A model generated the notes under the pieces. It saw nothing but the letters and a program-made list of their open reading frames with translations. It made no database searches and was not told the origin of the DNA. From Lama glama (Eukaryota), in the NCBI GenBank assembly GCA_028534125.1, contig CM052817.1, positions 1,428,001 to 1,492,000 on the forward strand: a stretch of DNA of 64,000 bases, given 5' to 3'. Each line of letters opens with the position of its first letter. The stretch's first letter is position 1. Below are positions 1-11,394 of the stretch, piece after piece. Made by a program: the position numbers and the translations under genes.

Positions 1-408
1 AAGTCGCTGCTTCTGCCCTTGGACCTGGCGCACATGAGATTCTGTGTATGCTTCCCGAGAGAATGGAGTCACTGTTTCCGCTAGTTCCGTGGGGCTCCCA
101 GAGCCAAGCCCCGCTGGCCTTCATAACTGCATGTCCTGGGGGCTCCTCCTCCTCCCAGTGCTGGAACCCTGGGCTGGGGAGCCTGACGGTCGCCCACCTG
201 GGGGGTATGGGGCCCAGTTGTTTCACGAGCACCCCCCTCCTGCCGTCCTGCTGTGGTCTCCTCTTTGTGTTTCCAGTTGAAGACGATCTTCTTTACTAGG
301 TTCCAGTCTTTTCTCGATGGTTGTCTAGCAGTCAGTTGTGGTTTTGTTGTCGTCACAAGGCAGGGTGAGCTTGTGGTCCTACCACTCTGCCATCTTGACC
401 GGAAATCT
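1..408 (-). mobile_element. LINE-1 5' end/5'UTR (element continues left of the window)
   Basis: Minus strand starts AGATTTCCGGTCAAGATGGCAGAGTGG...GCTCACC, a typical L1 5' terminus with the YY1 core CAAGATGGC (gccatcttg, 389-397). Confidence 0.75.
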
Positions 409-415
409 AAAAAAA

Positions 416-618
416 AATTTTATACAATGATCGAAGGTTACTGTCCATGTACAGATGTTACAGAACACTGCTGTACTCCCATGTGCGCAGACATCCTGGA
501 GCCTGTGTTACACCCAGTAGCTTGTACCCCTCACTCCCCACTGGTAACCACTAGTTTGTTCTCTGTATCTGTGAGTCTGCTGCTTTTTTTTGTATTCACT
601 AGTTAGTTGTATTTTTAG
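416..618 (-). mobile_element. LINE-1 3'UTR fragment
   Basis: ctccccactggtaaccactagtttgttctctgtatctgtgagtctg resembles the antisense L1 3'UTR also seen at 11320-11365 and 37025-37060. Confidence 0.7.
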
Positions 619-1346
619 TTTTTTATTGATTTTTTTCCAGACAAATTTAACAGGTTTATTTATAATTGCTGTTAAGTTGAACGCTGAAACTTGTTCACTG
701 AAACATTTTGACTTGCATTAATGCTTTATGTCCCCACATTTATATTAAAGATTCACACACAAATGAAAATGGGAAAACTACCAATATCTGATTTCTGTCC
801 CATTTTTCCACTTAGATACCTTTTGACCCCATGGGAAAAAAAGTATCAAACGTTCAGAACTACCGGTAACAGGAAGAAGATAATTTTTTTTTAAAGAATG
901 AAATGCTTCCCATCATAGTCGATTCTTCAGCTCGTTCTGCACGTGTGCGGCGTGCTAGCTGCACATCTTCTGGCGCAGTTGTCACGCGTCTGGCATGGAT
1001 AGTTAGCACGCAGGGTGGTGTCTGCAGAAAGGCCCAGCAGCTCTCTAGGCCTCCGGAGCCCCCCGCAGAGTGCTCATCAGTAGTTGCAGGTCTGCTCTGA
1101 AGTCCTGAGCAGCTTCCTGCACCAGACGCAGGAAGGGAAGTTTGCGAACCCCAGGTTCAGTGGACTTCTGGTAACGGGTGGTTTCACAGAGTGCTGCGGG
1201 GCCCGGCCTGCGGCGCCTGGCTTTCCGCACCCCTCCCCGACAGGGCGCACGCTTGCTGGCCGCTTTTGTGCCACTTCTTCTGGGTGCTTTTCCACCGCTT
1301 TGCGGGCCGTCTGGTTTGTATGAGCCACGGTACAGGGACCTCCTTG
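619..1346 (-). pseudogene. H3F3A: Processed pseudogene of histone H3.3 (H3F3A/H3-3A parent)
   Basis: Intronless, frameshifted H3 peptides (AHTNQTARK; RPGPAALCETTRYQKSTE..RKLPFLRLVQEAAQDFRADL; IHARRVTTAPEDVQLARRTRAERA). Start ATG>GTG at 1328, stop TAA>GAA at 926-928. 5'UTR AAGGAGGTCCCTGTACC and the 3'UTR match H3F3A as I recall it. AATAAA at 655-660, then a T-rich tail at 619-636. Confidence 0.93.
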
Positions 1347-2054
1347 CTGTTCACTCAGCGAACATTCACTTAACGCGTGCTCTTTGCCAGTTACTGCAGT
1401 TGTTCCCGGGGGTTCAGTGATCTCTGTCCTCTCACACTGATTATTCGTGGGACTGTAATTACAGATTTATTGCTTCTTTGTTACAATATTTGAGAGAACC
1501 TTGAATACTGAGGTGAATTGGATTATGAAATACATGCTTTCAGTTTTTATAAATCTTATATTTCATTTCTCTTTTGTTTTTAGGTTTATATGGCCTGTAC
1601 AGTTTGTGTCCTTTAAAATGTAGGTTTTTGTTTGTTTTTTGGTAACAACGTTTGGTCAGTTTTGTGTTTCATAGAGCTTAACAAAAGAAGCATTCAGTGG
1701 AGTTTAAATCTCAACATACGTCAAACAGTTAAGCCTTATTTGAATTTGTCATTTATGTTTTTGTTCACTTGGTTTGCTACAGATTGATAGGTGCCCTGTT
1801 TGACGATTGGCAAATTCTTTTCATTTTGATCCGGAGACTTTACTGGTTTTTGCATTATGTTTTCAACATGTTTATTTTCATACCGAGTCATGGCTTTTGT
1901 GTCTTCATTAAAATTTTATCTCCTACTGACCTTTCCTACTTATAATATTTTTCTGATTTTAAGATTGCTACCCATGCATTTATTTGCATTTACCTGCTTT
2001 ATTTTGCACGTTTAAAATTTTTGCCGTTTTAATAATACAAGTAGCTGCCGTTTT

Positions 2055-2235
2055 GACTTAATGATTACTACGTGCCAGGTCCTCTTTTAAGCACTTTACT
2101 TGTAATATCTCGTTTGATTTTGTGGCAGTCCTCTGAGTGGATTTTTAAAACGTCCTCCAATTGTAAATGAGGAAACTGAGGCTTGAGGGTAAATGGCTTG
2201 CTTAAGGGTAGGCAGTGAGTCCCTTTCAACCGCTG
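2055..2235 (-). mobile_element. MIR SINE fragment
   Basis: ttactacgtgccagg...aagcactttac...aaatgaggaaactgaggc is the antisense MIR core. Confidence 0.7.
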
Positions 2236-2899
2236 TTGTATTTTATTTTGAGTATATACTTTCTAAGTAGCCACAGTGTTCTAAAAAGCAAACAGACTTA
2301 ATATTTTTAAAAATCTTATGGAGTTTCTGTTTCTCAGAGGGGGAAAAAAAGAGTCCTCTAGAGATTGAGTGACTCCTCGAAGTTACGTTGCTTGTTAGGA
2401 GATGGAGTTGGGGTTCAAACCCAGACATTCTGTCTGGCTCCAGAACCCCAGGCTCTTCTGCCAGACACTGTCTTTGTGCAGTTTCTCCTTTTAGTTACTA
2501 CTGACCAGTTCATCCGTTTGTGTTAGTCTGCCCTTGACAGTGAGTGGTGCTGGTAAAGACGTGAAGGCATTCTGTTCATTTGTGCCCATTAATTCCATCA
2601 TATTCTTGAAACATTTTTTGGCATATTTTATTTAGAAACATGTGTATGTATACAAACAAAATCATAGCTGACTAAATTTTGTTTGGTTAGGGAATATGGT
2701 TCAGAGTAACTTATTAATTTTTCTTCATTCTGTTTCATGATATAAATTCAGATGGTGGAAGAAATTTATCAGCATTAATGTTACTACTCTTGGAAGACAT
2801 GTCAATAGTCAATATTTTGGAGGAAAGCTTAGTTTAGAAATAAATGTTTTTTAAAATATGTACTTTTTGAGATTGACTACCTGTTTCATGTTCTCTTTA

Positions 2900-3470
2900 T
2901 CCGTAACTGTCAACATATCTGGTCACTGTTTTTCTTTGTTTCATTTCATTTTTTTCAATCCTGTTGGTTCAGAGGCATTAGGAGTCCAGGTGGTCAGGCT
3001 ACCTTCTGGTATACTGAAACTGTTATCACCTGGTGCCAGTATTCAGCTCTTGGTTATTAAGACTTCTAACCTATCAGAACCAGAGTTGTGGGGATGGGAA
3101 GGAAAAACTTCCTGGATTGGTTGGTCCTTAGGTGTAAGTGAGCTGCGTGCCTCCCTTGGATCCTTCTTTCCTGGACAGAGGAGAGCATCGCCATCTACTG
3201 GTCATCTGTGCAGAGCATATACAGCTGCAGCTTATGGGTCAGCTCCTTAATCCTAAAGGTCTCCTTTTGGTGCGGTGAGCAGGCCATTCCACCGTTCTCT
3301 GGAGCCAGTTGCTTCTGAGTGAAGGAGTATGTCACAAGATGAGTGAGTCCAATGACCATGGACCCATCACCTGGCTTTTGTCATAGAACAGCTCCTTCGT
3401 CAATGTTATGTCCTAACAGTGGATAAGGCGTACAGTAAGTCCAGAGATGGTGACGTTGGGGAACAGACGT
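2900..3470 (-). mobile_element. ERVL/MaLR-type internal remnant (integrase C-terminal part plus dUTPase-like region)
   Basis: Minus-strand translation gives HSEATGSRERWNGLL, AVYALHR*P, RLEVLITKS*ILAPGD and GLLMPLNQQ, matching ERVL IN/dUTPase motifs, with stops and frameshifts. Confidence 0.7.
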
Positions 3471-3473
3471 AGT

Positions 3474-4060
3474 GTATCAGTCTGGGTCCAATCAGGAGAC
3501 AAAATCATATACTAGTACACAAGGGATGTTTAATATAATAAGGAATTATTAACCTATGCTAAAATAACTGTAAACTGGAAAGACAATGCTAAACTCTTGG
3601 GCGCAAGGATAGTACCCAGAGAAGGACACATTTGGAGGGGACCACTCCCCAGGCTGGAGTTCATACCTTGTTGGAGCCAATGTGGTTGCAACTGGAGTGC
3701 CTGGGCCAGAGCTAGTCCACAGTCACTGCGCAGGTGAGCTGAGGCTGTTGGTGGGGCCTGCAGAGGGAGTCAGGGCACTCCTGTAGGTGTGAGTCCTAGG
3801 AGTGTGTAGTCTGTGTTGGGGGTGGGGGTGGGAAATGCACTTCTAGGGCTTGGATGAACCATTGTTGATGGGCAGGTGGACAGAGGGAACCAGGGCACCA
3901 GTGCTGGAGCTGATTGCTGGCATAGTAGCCCCCTTCTACCGGAACTCGTCTGTCTGTCACTTGGGCTGGGGAAGCTCTGTGCGTGTCAGAGGTTGGGTAG
4001 TGGGCTCACAAGACAGACCCCTGATGTGTGGAGGCATGGGCTGAGGACAGGGCGCAGGAA
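3474..4060. mobile_element. Probable MLT1-type solo LTR interrupting the ERVL internal sequence
   Basis: Begins TGTATCAGTCTGGGTCCAATCAGGAGAC, an MLT1-like terminus, and sits between two collinear ERVL pol pieces. Right boundary approximate. Confidence 0.5.
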
Positions 4061-4069
4061 GCAGTGTCT

Positions 4070-4900
4070 GGGACTGCCAGCCACGTGGCTGCTTCTCAAG
4101 TCCAGAGCCGGATAGAGCACTGGATACTGGAGATGGATGCCTAGCTTCGGGAAGTCCAGGTCGCCCTGGGCGAAGCCCATGTTGCTGAGCAGATTCATCA
4201 CTCCTTGCCACCATGTCTCTGTTCATGAACTCACTGAGTAAGAGCTGGTGAAAAGAGGTGGAAAGACACGTGTAGGGCAGGCGGGTCATCGTGTCCACCC
4301 AGCCATGGGAACTGCTTCTGCAGTGGGTGTCGTTGTTGAGCACTCACCCAGGACACGCATGTCTTTGTGCTCTGGCCCAGCCTCAGACCCCTTCTCTGGA
4401 TCTCTCCGTCTCCAGTTATCCCTCCTTGTCCTTTCCAAATTCCTGACCGTCCAGCCGAACATTAACTACTGTCAGTGAACTGGCGTAAATCTGCGCCTCT
4501 GGCCGTTTCTCCTTCCTGACCAAGGGTGCACCAGGTGCGCTCTGGAACGTCTGCTCGCTGGTGGACCTGCCCTCCCCAGAGGGCCTTCAGGACCCTCTCT
4601 GACTGCAGTCAGGCTACAGCACATCATTTGGGACCAGCTGTAAATGGACTCAAAGTTTTCTTCCTTAGTTACTGGTCTGAGGACCTCACCGTAGGTGCAG
4701 TTTCTGAAGAGGTGGCAGGGCAGCAGCCTGACTGCGGCACACGGGATGTCAGGAACTTGCACAGGTTGTCCTGAAGGGAAGCTCGGGTGTGTCCCACATC
4801 ACGCAGCTGGCCCCTTCCTGTCTGCTGCCATCGCTTTGAAAACTGCCGGGTGGGATGCATGACAAGCCCGAGCCGCCTGGAGGGCCTTCTGCTTGTTCGT
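4070..4900 (-). mobile_element. ERVL-type pol remnant (RNase H and integrase N-terminal part)
   Basis: Minus-strand peptides SGEGRSTSE, RAHLVH, KEKRPEAQIYASS, AQQHGL and QPRGWQ resemble ERVL SGEGKSSQWAEL..HLVVH..WKEKWPEVRIYTDS and WAQQHGL..QPATWWQ. Confidence 0.7.
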
Positions 4901-5669
4901 TCAGGTGATAGTGCCCCCCCTGTGAGTGGCACTATGGAAGGTGGTGATAGAAGGAGTGTGACTGGGACAGTCTCTGCTCCCACGGAGTTTGCAGCCGGTT
5001 CTCTGGGGAGAGAGAGAGACAAGCACACCTAGTGAGGAGGCTTGTGAGAAGAGCAGGGGAGCAGGAGGAGGATGTTACTAATGGGAGAGAATGAGTCAGG
5101 TTTTGAAGAGAAGATGATGCATGAGTTACAATGAAAGATGAGGGCTGTCTTCCGGGTGGATAATGAGAAGAGAAGGCCCCCCAACCCTCCCCAGCTGGTG
5201 GGCTGGCAGGGAGGAGTCAGGCTTCCTGGATTTGGATCCTGGCTCTGTGCCGTTAGGTGAGGTCACTTAATGCTCTGGTCCTCAGCGTTCGCAGCTTTAC
5301 AGGAGGCGGCAGGGCCTCCTTCGGAGCCACTGTGGCAGTCAGAGGAGGAGGTGGACGTGGAGCACTCGCACAGCCGGCACTCAGCGTGGAGCTGTCTGCA
5401 CAGCTGTGCATCATCGCTCTGCCCTGGCTCTTTTGTTGTATCGAAGCAGATCCCTCCCCTGCCATTTTTCCAGGGCCTGAATATATCTGGTCTTTGGGTC
5501 CGTCTCCAGCACCTGGGGTCTTCAGTAAATGCTGACTGACCTGCATAGAAGTAGGCAGACAGGAGAAAGATTGTTTTCTAATTTCTCTCAGGATATCCTG
5601 GTGATGTGTTTTATTTGCATTTGCCTCTCTGCACTCACTGTAGACCATCAGGTGAGAACAGACCCTTTT

Positions 5670-6332
5670 ACTTTTTTTTAATTTTAACTGTTTTGAAGTA
5701 AAATATTGTATTTTATTGTATACAGACTATATTCAAGCAAACCACCCACTCTGAAAACAGCAGGTTCTGGCTTTTCCCAGAGCCCCAGAAGAATATAAAT
5801 TGGAGCCTCTTGGAGACAGTGCCTTCCCCAGAGCGGGAAGTGTGAGAGAGACTGTGTGTGTGTATGTGTGCATGTAACCTTTTGATTCCGGGGGTCCAGA
5901 CAGCCTCAGCTGTAGCTGCACACCCCTCCTCACCTTAAACCCCAGCTCCGGCTTCTCTGGTCCAGGAGGAGGTCTCAGTCTGGGGCAGGCATAAACCAGT
6001 CACTCAACTTCCATCTTATTCTTTTGCAAAGAATCGCCGAAGGCTTGCCACTTTGTTGGGTAAAAACACTTACAGACGTCAATCTTGTTCTGAATCTGTT
6101 TTGGGGCATCTTGATAGTAATTCTTCTCATCCCGGGCCATCGCCTTACAGTCCTCGCCATGGGTCTCCACCATGTAACGAATGTAGTCAGTGAGGTCCCA
6201 AGAGAGCATGTTTCCTTTCTTTTCTGGAAGGCTGGCTTCAGCCTCTAGGTCTTTCTCTTAGGAAGGGGCACCACCTTGTTGCGGTCCACAGCCAAACCCA
6301 TCTCGGCCAGGTTCTGCCATACCAATTTGGTG
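5670..6332 (-). pseudogene. NOP16: 5'-truncated processed pseudogene of NOP16
   Basis: Peptides QNLAEMGLAVDRNKVVPLPKRK and LEAEASLPEKKGNMLSWDLTDYIRYMVETHGEDCKAMARDEKNYYQD...SLQKNKMEVE* (stop at 6000). AATAAA at 5712-5717, A-tail about 5670-5686. TSD gagaacag(a/g)ccctttt at 5654-5669 and 6333-6348, with a TT|AAAA L1 endonuclease site. Confidence 0.95.
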
Positions 6333-6959
6333 GAGAACAGGCCCTTTTAACCGGATCACTTGGCACCGTTATGATTGAGATCCTTTCAAGCAGGGGTCTG
6401 AGTAGGCGGTGATCAGTCCTAGGACCCCAGCCCCTTTACCATGTGCACCTGGGAGAGCCAGTTTCTCCAGGGGAGGCTTCCGGGGCCTTCCTCTCATGAT
6501 CATACAGTGAATATTTTTAAAGTTAATTGTATCTTAACTCCCCCAAAGGGAGTGAGTAATTTTTAAAATATATATCTTGAGAAAATAAGAATACAGTGCA
6601 CATGTGGAATGTTTTTTGAGCTGTTGGATTCACAGTGTTTTTTGAGAACTCAGTCTTTCTCATTAGTCAGATGACACTCATTTGACGAGGGTGGAGGCAG
6701 TGACCCCCCATCAGGGATCAGGCCTCCGTGACCTTGTGAGGTACGTGCTTATTCTGTGTCGATCTCTTGGTGATTTCTCACTGTGTGCCGCGTGGGCTCT
6801 GAGCACGCTGCGTGTGCTCCCGCGCCCCCCTCACGGCGTGGAGGGTGTCTGCCGCCCCAGCTAAGGGGCTGGGCCTGCCCAGCACCCCAGGACTTCCCTT
6901 GGGCCCCTGTGCCAGCCCACCCTTTCTCCCTCAGGCAGCCAGTGGGGGTTATTGACAGG

Positions 6960-9540
6960 ATTTGATTAACATTTATCTTCTTGCTAGCTCTTTCTGTTTG
7001 TTATACTTACTCTTTCTTCTTCCTCTTTTCCTGCCCCTTCAGGATTTAACTTAGCGTGGTTATGGTTATAATTTCATTTTATCTCTTCTGTTGACTCATT
7101 TGGTTGTTTTAAAATTATTATTATTATTTTATTTTGGGAGGAGGTAATTAGGTTTATTTTTTTTTAATGGAGGTACGGGGGACTGAACCCAGGACCTCGT
7201 GTGTGCTGAGCATGCGCTCCACCACTGAGCTGTACCCTCTCCCGGACTCATTTGCTTATACCTCTTAAAATATTCTTATGCTTGTTGTCTTTGGGTTTAC
7301 AGTGTACATTTAAAATCAATCCAGAGTTTACCTTCAAATGATACAACACATGCTTCACGGTGTATTGTAAAGGCCTTACACAGGGTGTTCCCAGTTCTTC
7401 TTTGTGCTGTTGATGGCATTCATTTTGCTTTCACATATGCTGTAAACACAATGCATTGCTATTTTTGCTTTTGAAACTCAGTCATCTTTTAGTGCAACTT
7501 TTTCCAAGGAGGGAAAAACTGATTTTATTTTACTCATTGTATTCCATTTCAGGACTCTTCATTTCTTTGAGGAGATCCCAAGTCTCAGTCTTACACCCTA
7601 TTCTTTCTGCCTAAAATATTTTCTTTATCATATCTGGTAGGTTAGGTCTCCTGGTGTTGAATTCCTTCAGTAGAATTTATTTAGTATTTCTTTCTGAGAA
7701 GTTCTGTATTTCTCCTTTATTTTTAAAAGATACTTTTGCCGGGTATGGAAATTTTGAGTTATAACAGGTTTTAATTTTTTTGTTTTTTTTTTTTCTTCTT
7801 TCAGTGCTTAAAAAAATCACTCCACTGTCATCTGGTTTACATGGTTTTTCATAAGAAGCCTGCTGTAATTCTTATCTTTGTTCTTCTGTGTGTAATGCTT
7901 CTCTTACCTCTGGCTGCCTTCAAGATTCTCACTTTTTGTTTTCAGCAGTTTGGAAGTGACATATAACCGGGTTTTTGTTGTTGTTGTTTGTTTTTTGATT
8001 TATCATGCTTGATCTCTGTGCTTCTTGGATCTGTGGTTTGGTTTCTGTCATTAATTTTGGAAATTTCTCAACCATTATTTCTTCTGCTCCTTGTTCACCT
8101 CTTCTACTTACGTGTATGTGAGAATGTTTTATATTGTCTCACAGCTTTGGGCTTTTCTGTCCAACCCCCTGCATTCCCACTCATTTTTCTCTTTGTGTCT
8201 CAGTTTGGGTGATTTCCATTGACCTACCTTCAGCTTTACTGACTGTAGTTTTCATGTCTGCTGAAATTACCCATCTCATCTTCCACATTGTCCATCTTTT
8301 CTGGTATTAGAGTCATTAGCATATGAATCATAGTTACTTTAAATTACCTGTCAGTCCCATCATCTGCATCATATCTGAGTTTTGTTTTGAAGACTGCTTT
8401 GCCTCTTGGGAGTGTGGTTTTGTTTTTTTAATATGCCCTTTGTATGCTTTATGCTTATTTTTCCAAGCCACACAAGTTGTACAGGACAGTAGAAACTGAA
8501 GTGCATAGTGTTTACGCCTGGAGGTGAGCGCCGCTCGGCCTTCAGTGCAGTAGTTTGCATTGCTCATGTTGAGAGTCGGGCTCGGGTTAGGGTTGGTTGT
8601 TGCTGTGTTGTTGATAGAGCACCACAGCCTTCACGGTTTTTGTAGCAATGGCTTGTGTTTAGCGTGGGGGTGGTTTACCAGAGCAGTGTCTCATTCTGGG
8701 CTGTCTGTCTTCCCTCTTTGCCATGCCTCACCCTGTGCCTCTCTGCACCCTTGTTCCCCTCCTGCCCTCTCCTAGGAGTATACCGCTGTTGGCTGTTACT
8801 TGAAGCTTTTTGACTTGGACATGTGTGGCGGTGTTGTGGTGCTGTCTCCTTATCCTGAGGAAGGCCTAGTCTTGCATATGTATGGTGACTCTGAGTCTTG
8901 GGGGGGGGTGTGGCCTGCTCAGCTCTCCTGCCCCTTCTTTGGCTGTGGTTGTGGGCTCACTGTGTAATCTTGCCCTTTCTCCAGAGGTAGCTCCCCCAGC
9001 TCCCCTTTTCCCTCCCCATGTTGCAGTGAGTGTTCACCAGAGCCTTTCCCTGTACAGGTTAAGGCTTCTGGTTCTGTAGTGGGGACAATGGGGAAGGATT
9101 GGGGTGGAATTTCTTGCCCCTCCCACCTGGCTGCTGCTCTTCTCCCCAGTTCTGCACCTGCACCACCCTCGTTGCTTTTTAGGGCTCCTTCCAATCTTTT
9201 CAGTGACCACCTGGTCGGTTTCGTAGAGGTTACGAGGCGGGTACAGACTTCCCCAGCTTCTGTGACCCTAGTCGTCGTCCTGCCAGCCTGCACTCGGCCT
9301 TCACCAGTGTCGTCTGTTCTCCATGAACTCTGCTCACCAGCCTCTGTCTGCATTGACTTTGGGTGAGTGTGTGTTCTCTCTCCTTGCAGGTGCTTAGATT
9401 TTGGATCAGCTTGCTCTGACATCAGTTTCCCGGTAGACTCCCCCAAAAGTCATGGATTTGAAGTTAGTGTGGTTGGTTTTCACTGTACAGGTGGGAGTGG
9501 TGCTCCTCCCAGCCCTCTCCATCCTAGAGCTGAAGCCGGA
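6960..9540 (-). mobile_element. Ancient L1 (ORF1 and 5' region), heavily decayed
   Basis: Antisense ORF1-type motifs: tatttctcctttatttttaaaagatacttttgccgggtatggaatt, ctctggctgccttcaagattctc, ttttggaaatttctcaaccattatt. Confidence 0.6.
7106..7243 (-). mobile_element. tRNA-derived camelid-type SINE (vic-1-like)
   Basis: A/B boxes (cagctcagtgg, gggttcagtcccc on minus), aaacctaattacctcc tail, TSD gactcatttg at 7093-7102 and 7245-7254. Confidence 0.9.
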
Positions 9541-9989
9541 AGCAACCGTGTTTTGAGGAACAGATGCTTTTAAGTTTTAATTAATGAAGTCTGGTTTATC
9601 AATTATGGCTAGTGCTTTTGGGGTTCCCTAGAATCTCTGTCTACCCCAAAGTTGAAATCTTTTGTCTGTTTTGAGCAGAAAAATCTGTCTACTCTAAGGT
9701 TGGGAAGGTTTTTCACCTTTTTTTCCTTTTAGTAATCTGTCGGGAGTCTATAAGGGAACTATTTACAGAGATGTTGGGCAGACATTCTCCCTTGTCTTCA
9801 TATTGAGGTATTACAGTTGCAGGTTTCATGGACAGGTCCATCATCCATTTCAAGTTAATTTTCACATGTGAGGTAAGGTTGGAGGTGCCCCCTCCCCATG
9901 TAGACACCCAGTTGTGTGTCAGTTACTGGGGAGCCTCTCCTTTCCCCGTTGGGTTACTCTTCCTTTGTCAGACATTTATTTCTTCTTTT

Positions 9990-10860
9990 CAAAACTTTCA
10001 TATTGTTAAATAGAAAAGTGTATATAACAAATTGTACAGCTTTGCACACTGTTTTAATTTGACTCCTGGTATAAGCACCATTCAGATAAAGAAGTGGAAC
10101 GTTTTGGGCACTTCAGAAGCCCACTAGAGTCTACATCCTGAGTACAGTTCCCTTCCTTTCCCTTTATAGGTAACCACCAAACATACATTCCTAAGTGCTA
10201 TGGTTTTGTCTGCTGGTGAACTTTATATGAATGGAAGCTCACTGATACAGTCTTTGATGTATAGCTCCTTTCACTCAACAGTGTTTTTAAGATTTGTTTT
10301 GAACTAAGCTACAGTTTGTCCATTTTTTCTTTTTTTCAACTTTTTTTTGAGGGGGAGGTAATTAGGTTTATTTATTTTCTGTGTTTTTAGGGGAAGTACT
10401 GGGGACTGAACTAAGGACCTTGTGCGCTCTACCACTTGAGCTATGCTCTCCCCCCAGTTTGTCCGTTTTAATTGCTGAATAGTATTTTATTGCATGAATA
10501 GACTACAATTTATTTATCCATTCTGCAGTTGAAGGGCATCTGGGTTATTTCCAGTTTGGAGCTGGAATGAATAACCTTGTACATATTTTTGCTCATAAAA
10601 CTTAATGTCAGGAAGGATATATGTTTAGAAGAGAAATTCCTGGGTCATAGTATATGTGCATTTTCGAAGTCTTAAAATAATGCTCATTTCCTGCATGGCT
10701 GTACGTATTGCCACTTTACCAGCAGTGTGTGTGAGTTCCTTCTGTTTCGTACTTTTGACTAAATGTGGTTATAATTTCTCATTTTAGCCACTCTGCTTGG
10801 TTCATGCTGGCGTTTTACTGTAATTTTAATGTACATTTCCTTGATTACGTGTGAAATTAC
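9990..10860 (-). mobile_element. Ancient L1M 3' end (continues at 18032 after the nested L1)
   Basis: Antisense L1 3' motifs (ttgctgaatagtatt...ttatttatccattc...ttccagtttgg). The sequence resumes collinearly after 18031 (ttttcatatgttagttgacc...ttttgccc). Confidence 0.7.
10327..10454 (-). mobile_element. tRNA-derived camelid-type SINE
   Basis: Same family; TSD cagtttgtcc(a/g)tttt at 10312-10326 and 10455-10469. Confidence 0.9.
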
Positions 10861-10867
10861 CCTTTTT

Positions 10868-10993
10868 GTGTGTGTGTGTGGGTCGGGGAGGTAATTAGGT
10901 TTGTTTATTTTTTAGAGGAGATACTGGGGATTGAACCCAGGACTTTGTGCGTGCTAAGCATGTGCTCTACCACTTGAGCTATACCCTCCCCGC
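10868..10993 (-). mobile_element. tRNA-derived camelid-type SINE inserted at the L1 TSD
   Basis: Same family with a (CA)n-type tail, flanked by aaattacc(c)ttttt at about 10854-10867 and 10995-11007. Confidence 0.9.
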
Positions 10994-11394
10994 AAAATTA
11001 CCTTTTTAAATAAAAATTATTTTTCTTTTTTATTGAAATATAGTTAGTTTACAATGTTGCATCAATTTCTGGTGCACAGAATAATGTTTCAGTCATACAT
11101 ATACATGCATACATTCCTGTTCATATTCTTTTTCATTACAGGTCACTACAAGATCCTGAATATAGTTCAATATTCTGTATTGAATATACAGAGTATTATG
11201 CTGTTCAGTACAAACTTGTTGTGTATCTATTTTATATATAGTAGTTAGTATCTGTAGAAGTAAGGAGTAGAAGTAATCTTAAACTTCCAATTTATCCCTA
11301 TACCCACCTTCTGCACCCTGTAACCAACCGTAAGTTTGTTTTCTATGTCTGTGAATCTGTTTCTGTCTTGTAAATAAGTTCATTTGTGTTTTTT

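Noticed and set aside
1045..1328. Novel histone H3 variant gene
   Set aside because: H3 similarity is split across frames, start and stop codons are mutated, and it carries an mRNA-type 3'UTR with a poly(A) tail, so it is a processed pseudogene.
6000..6209. Functional 69-aa NOP16-like microprotein
   Set aside because: It is the C-terminal remnant of a 5'-truncated retrocopy with many substitutions and no visible promoter.
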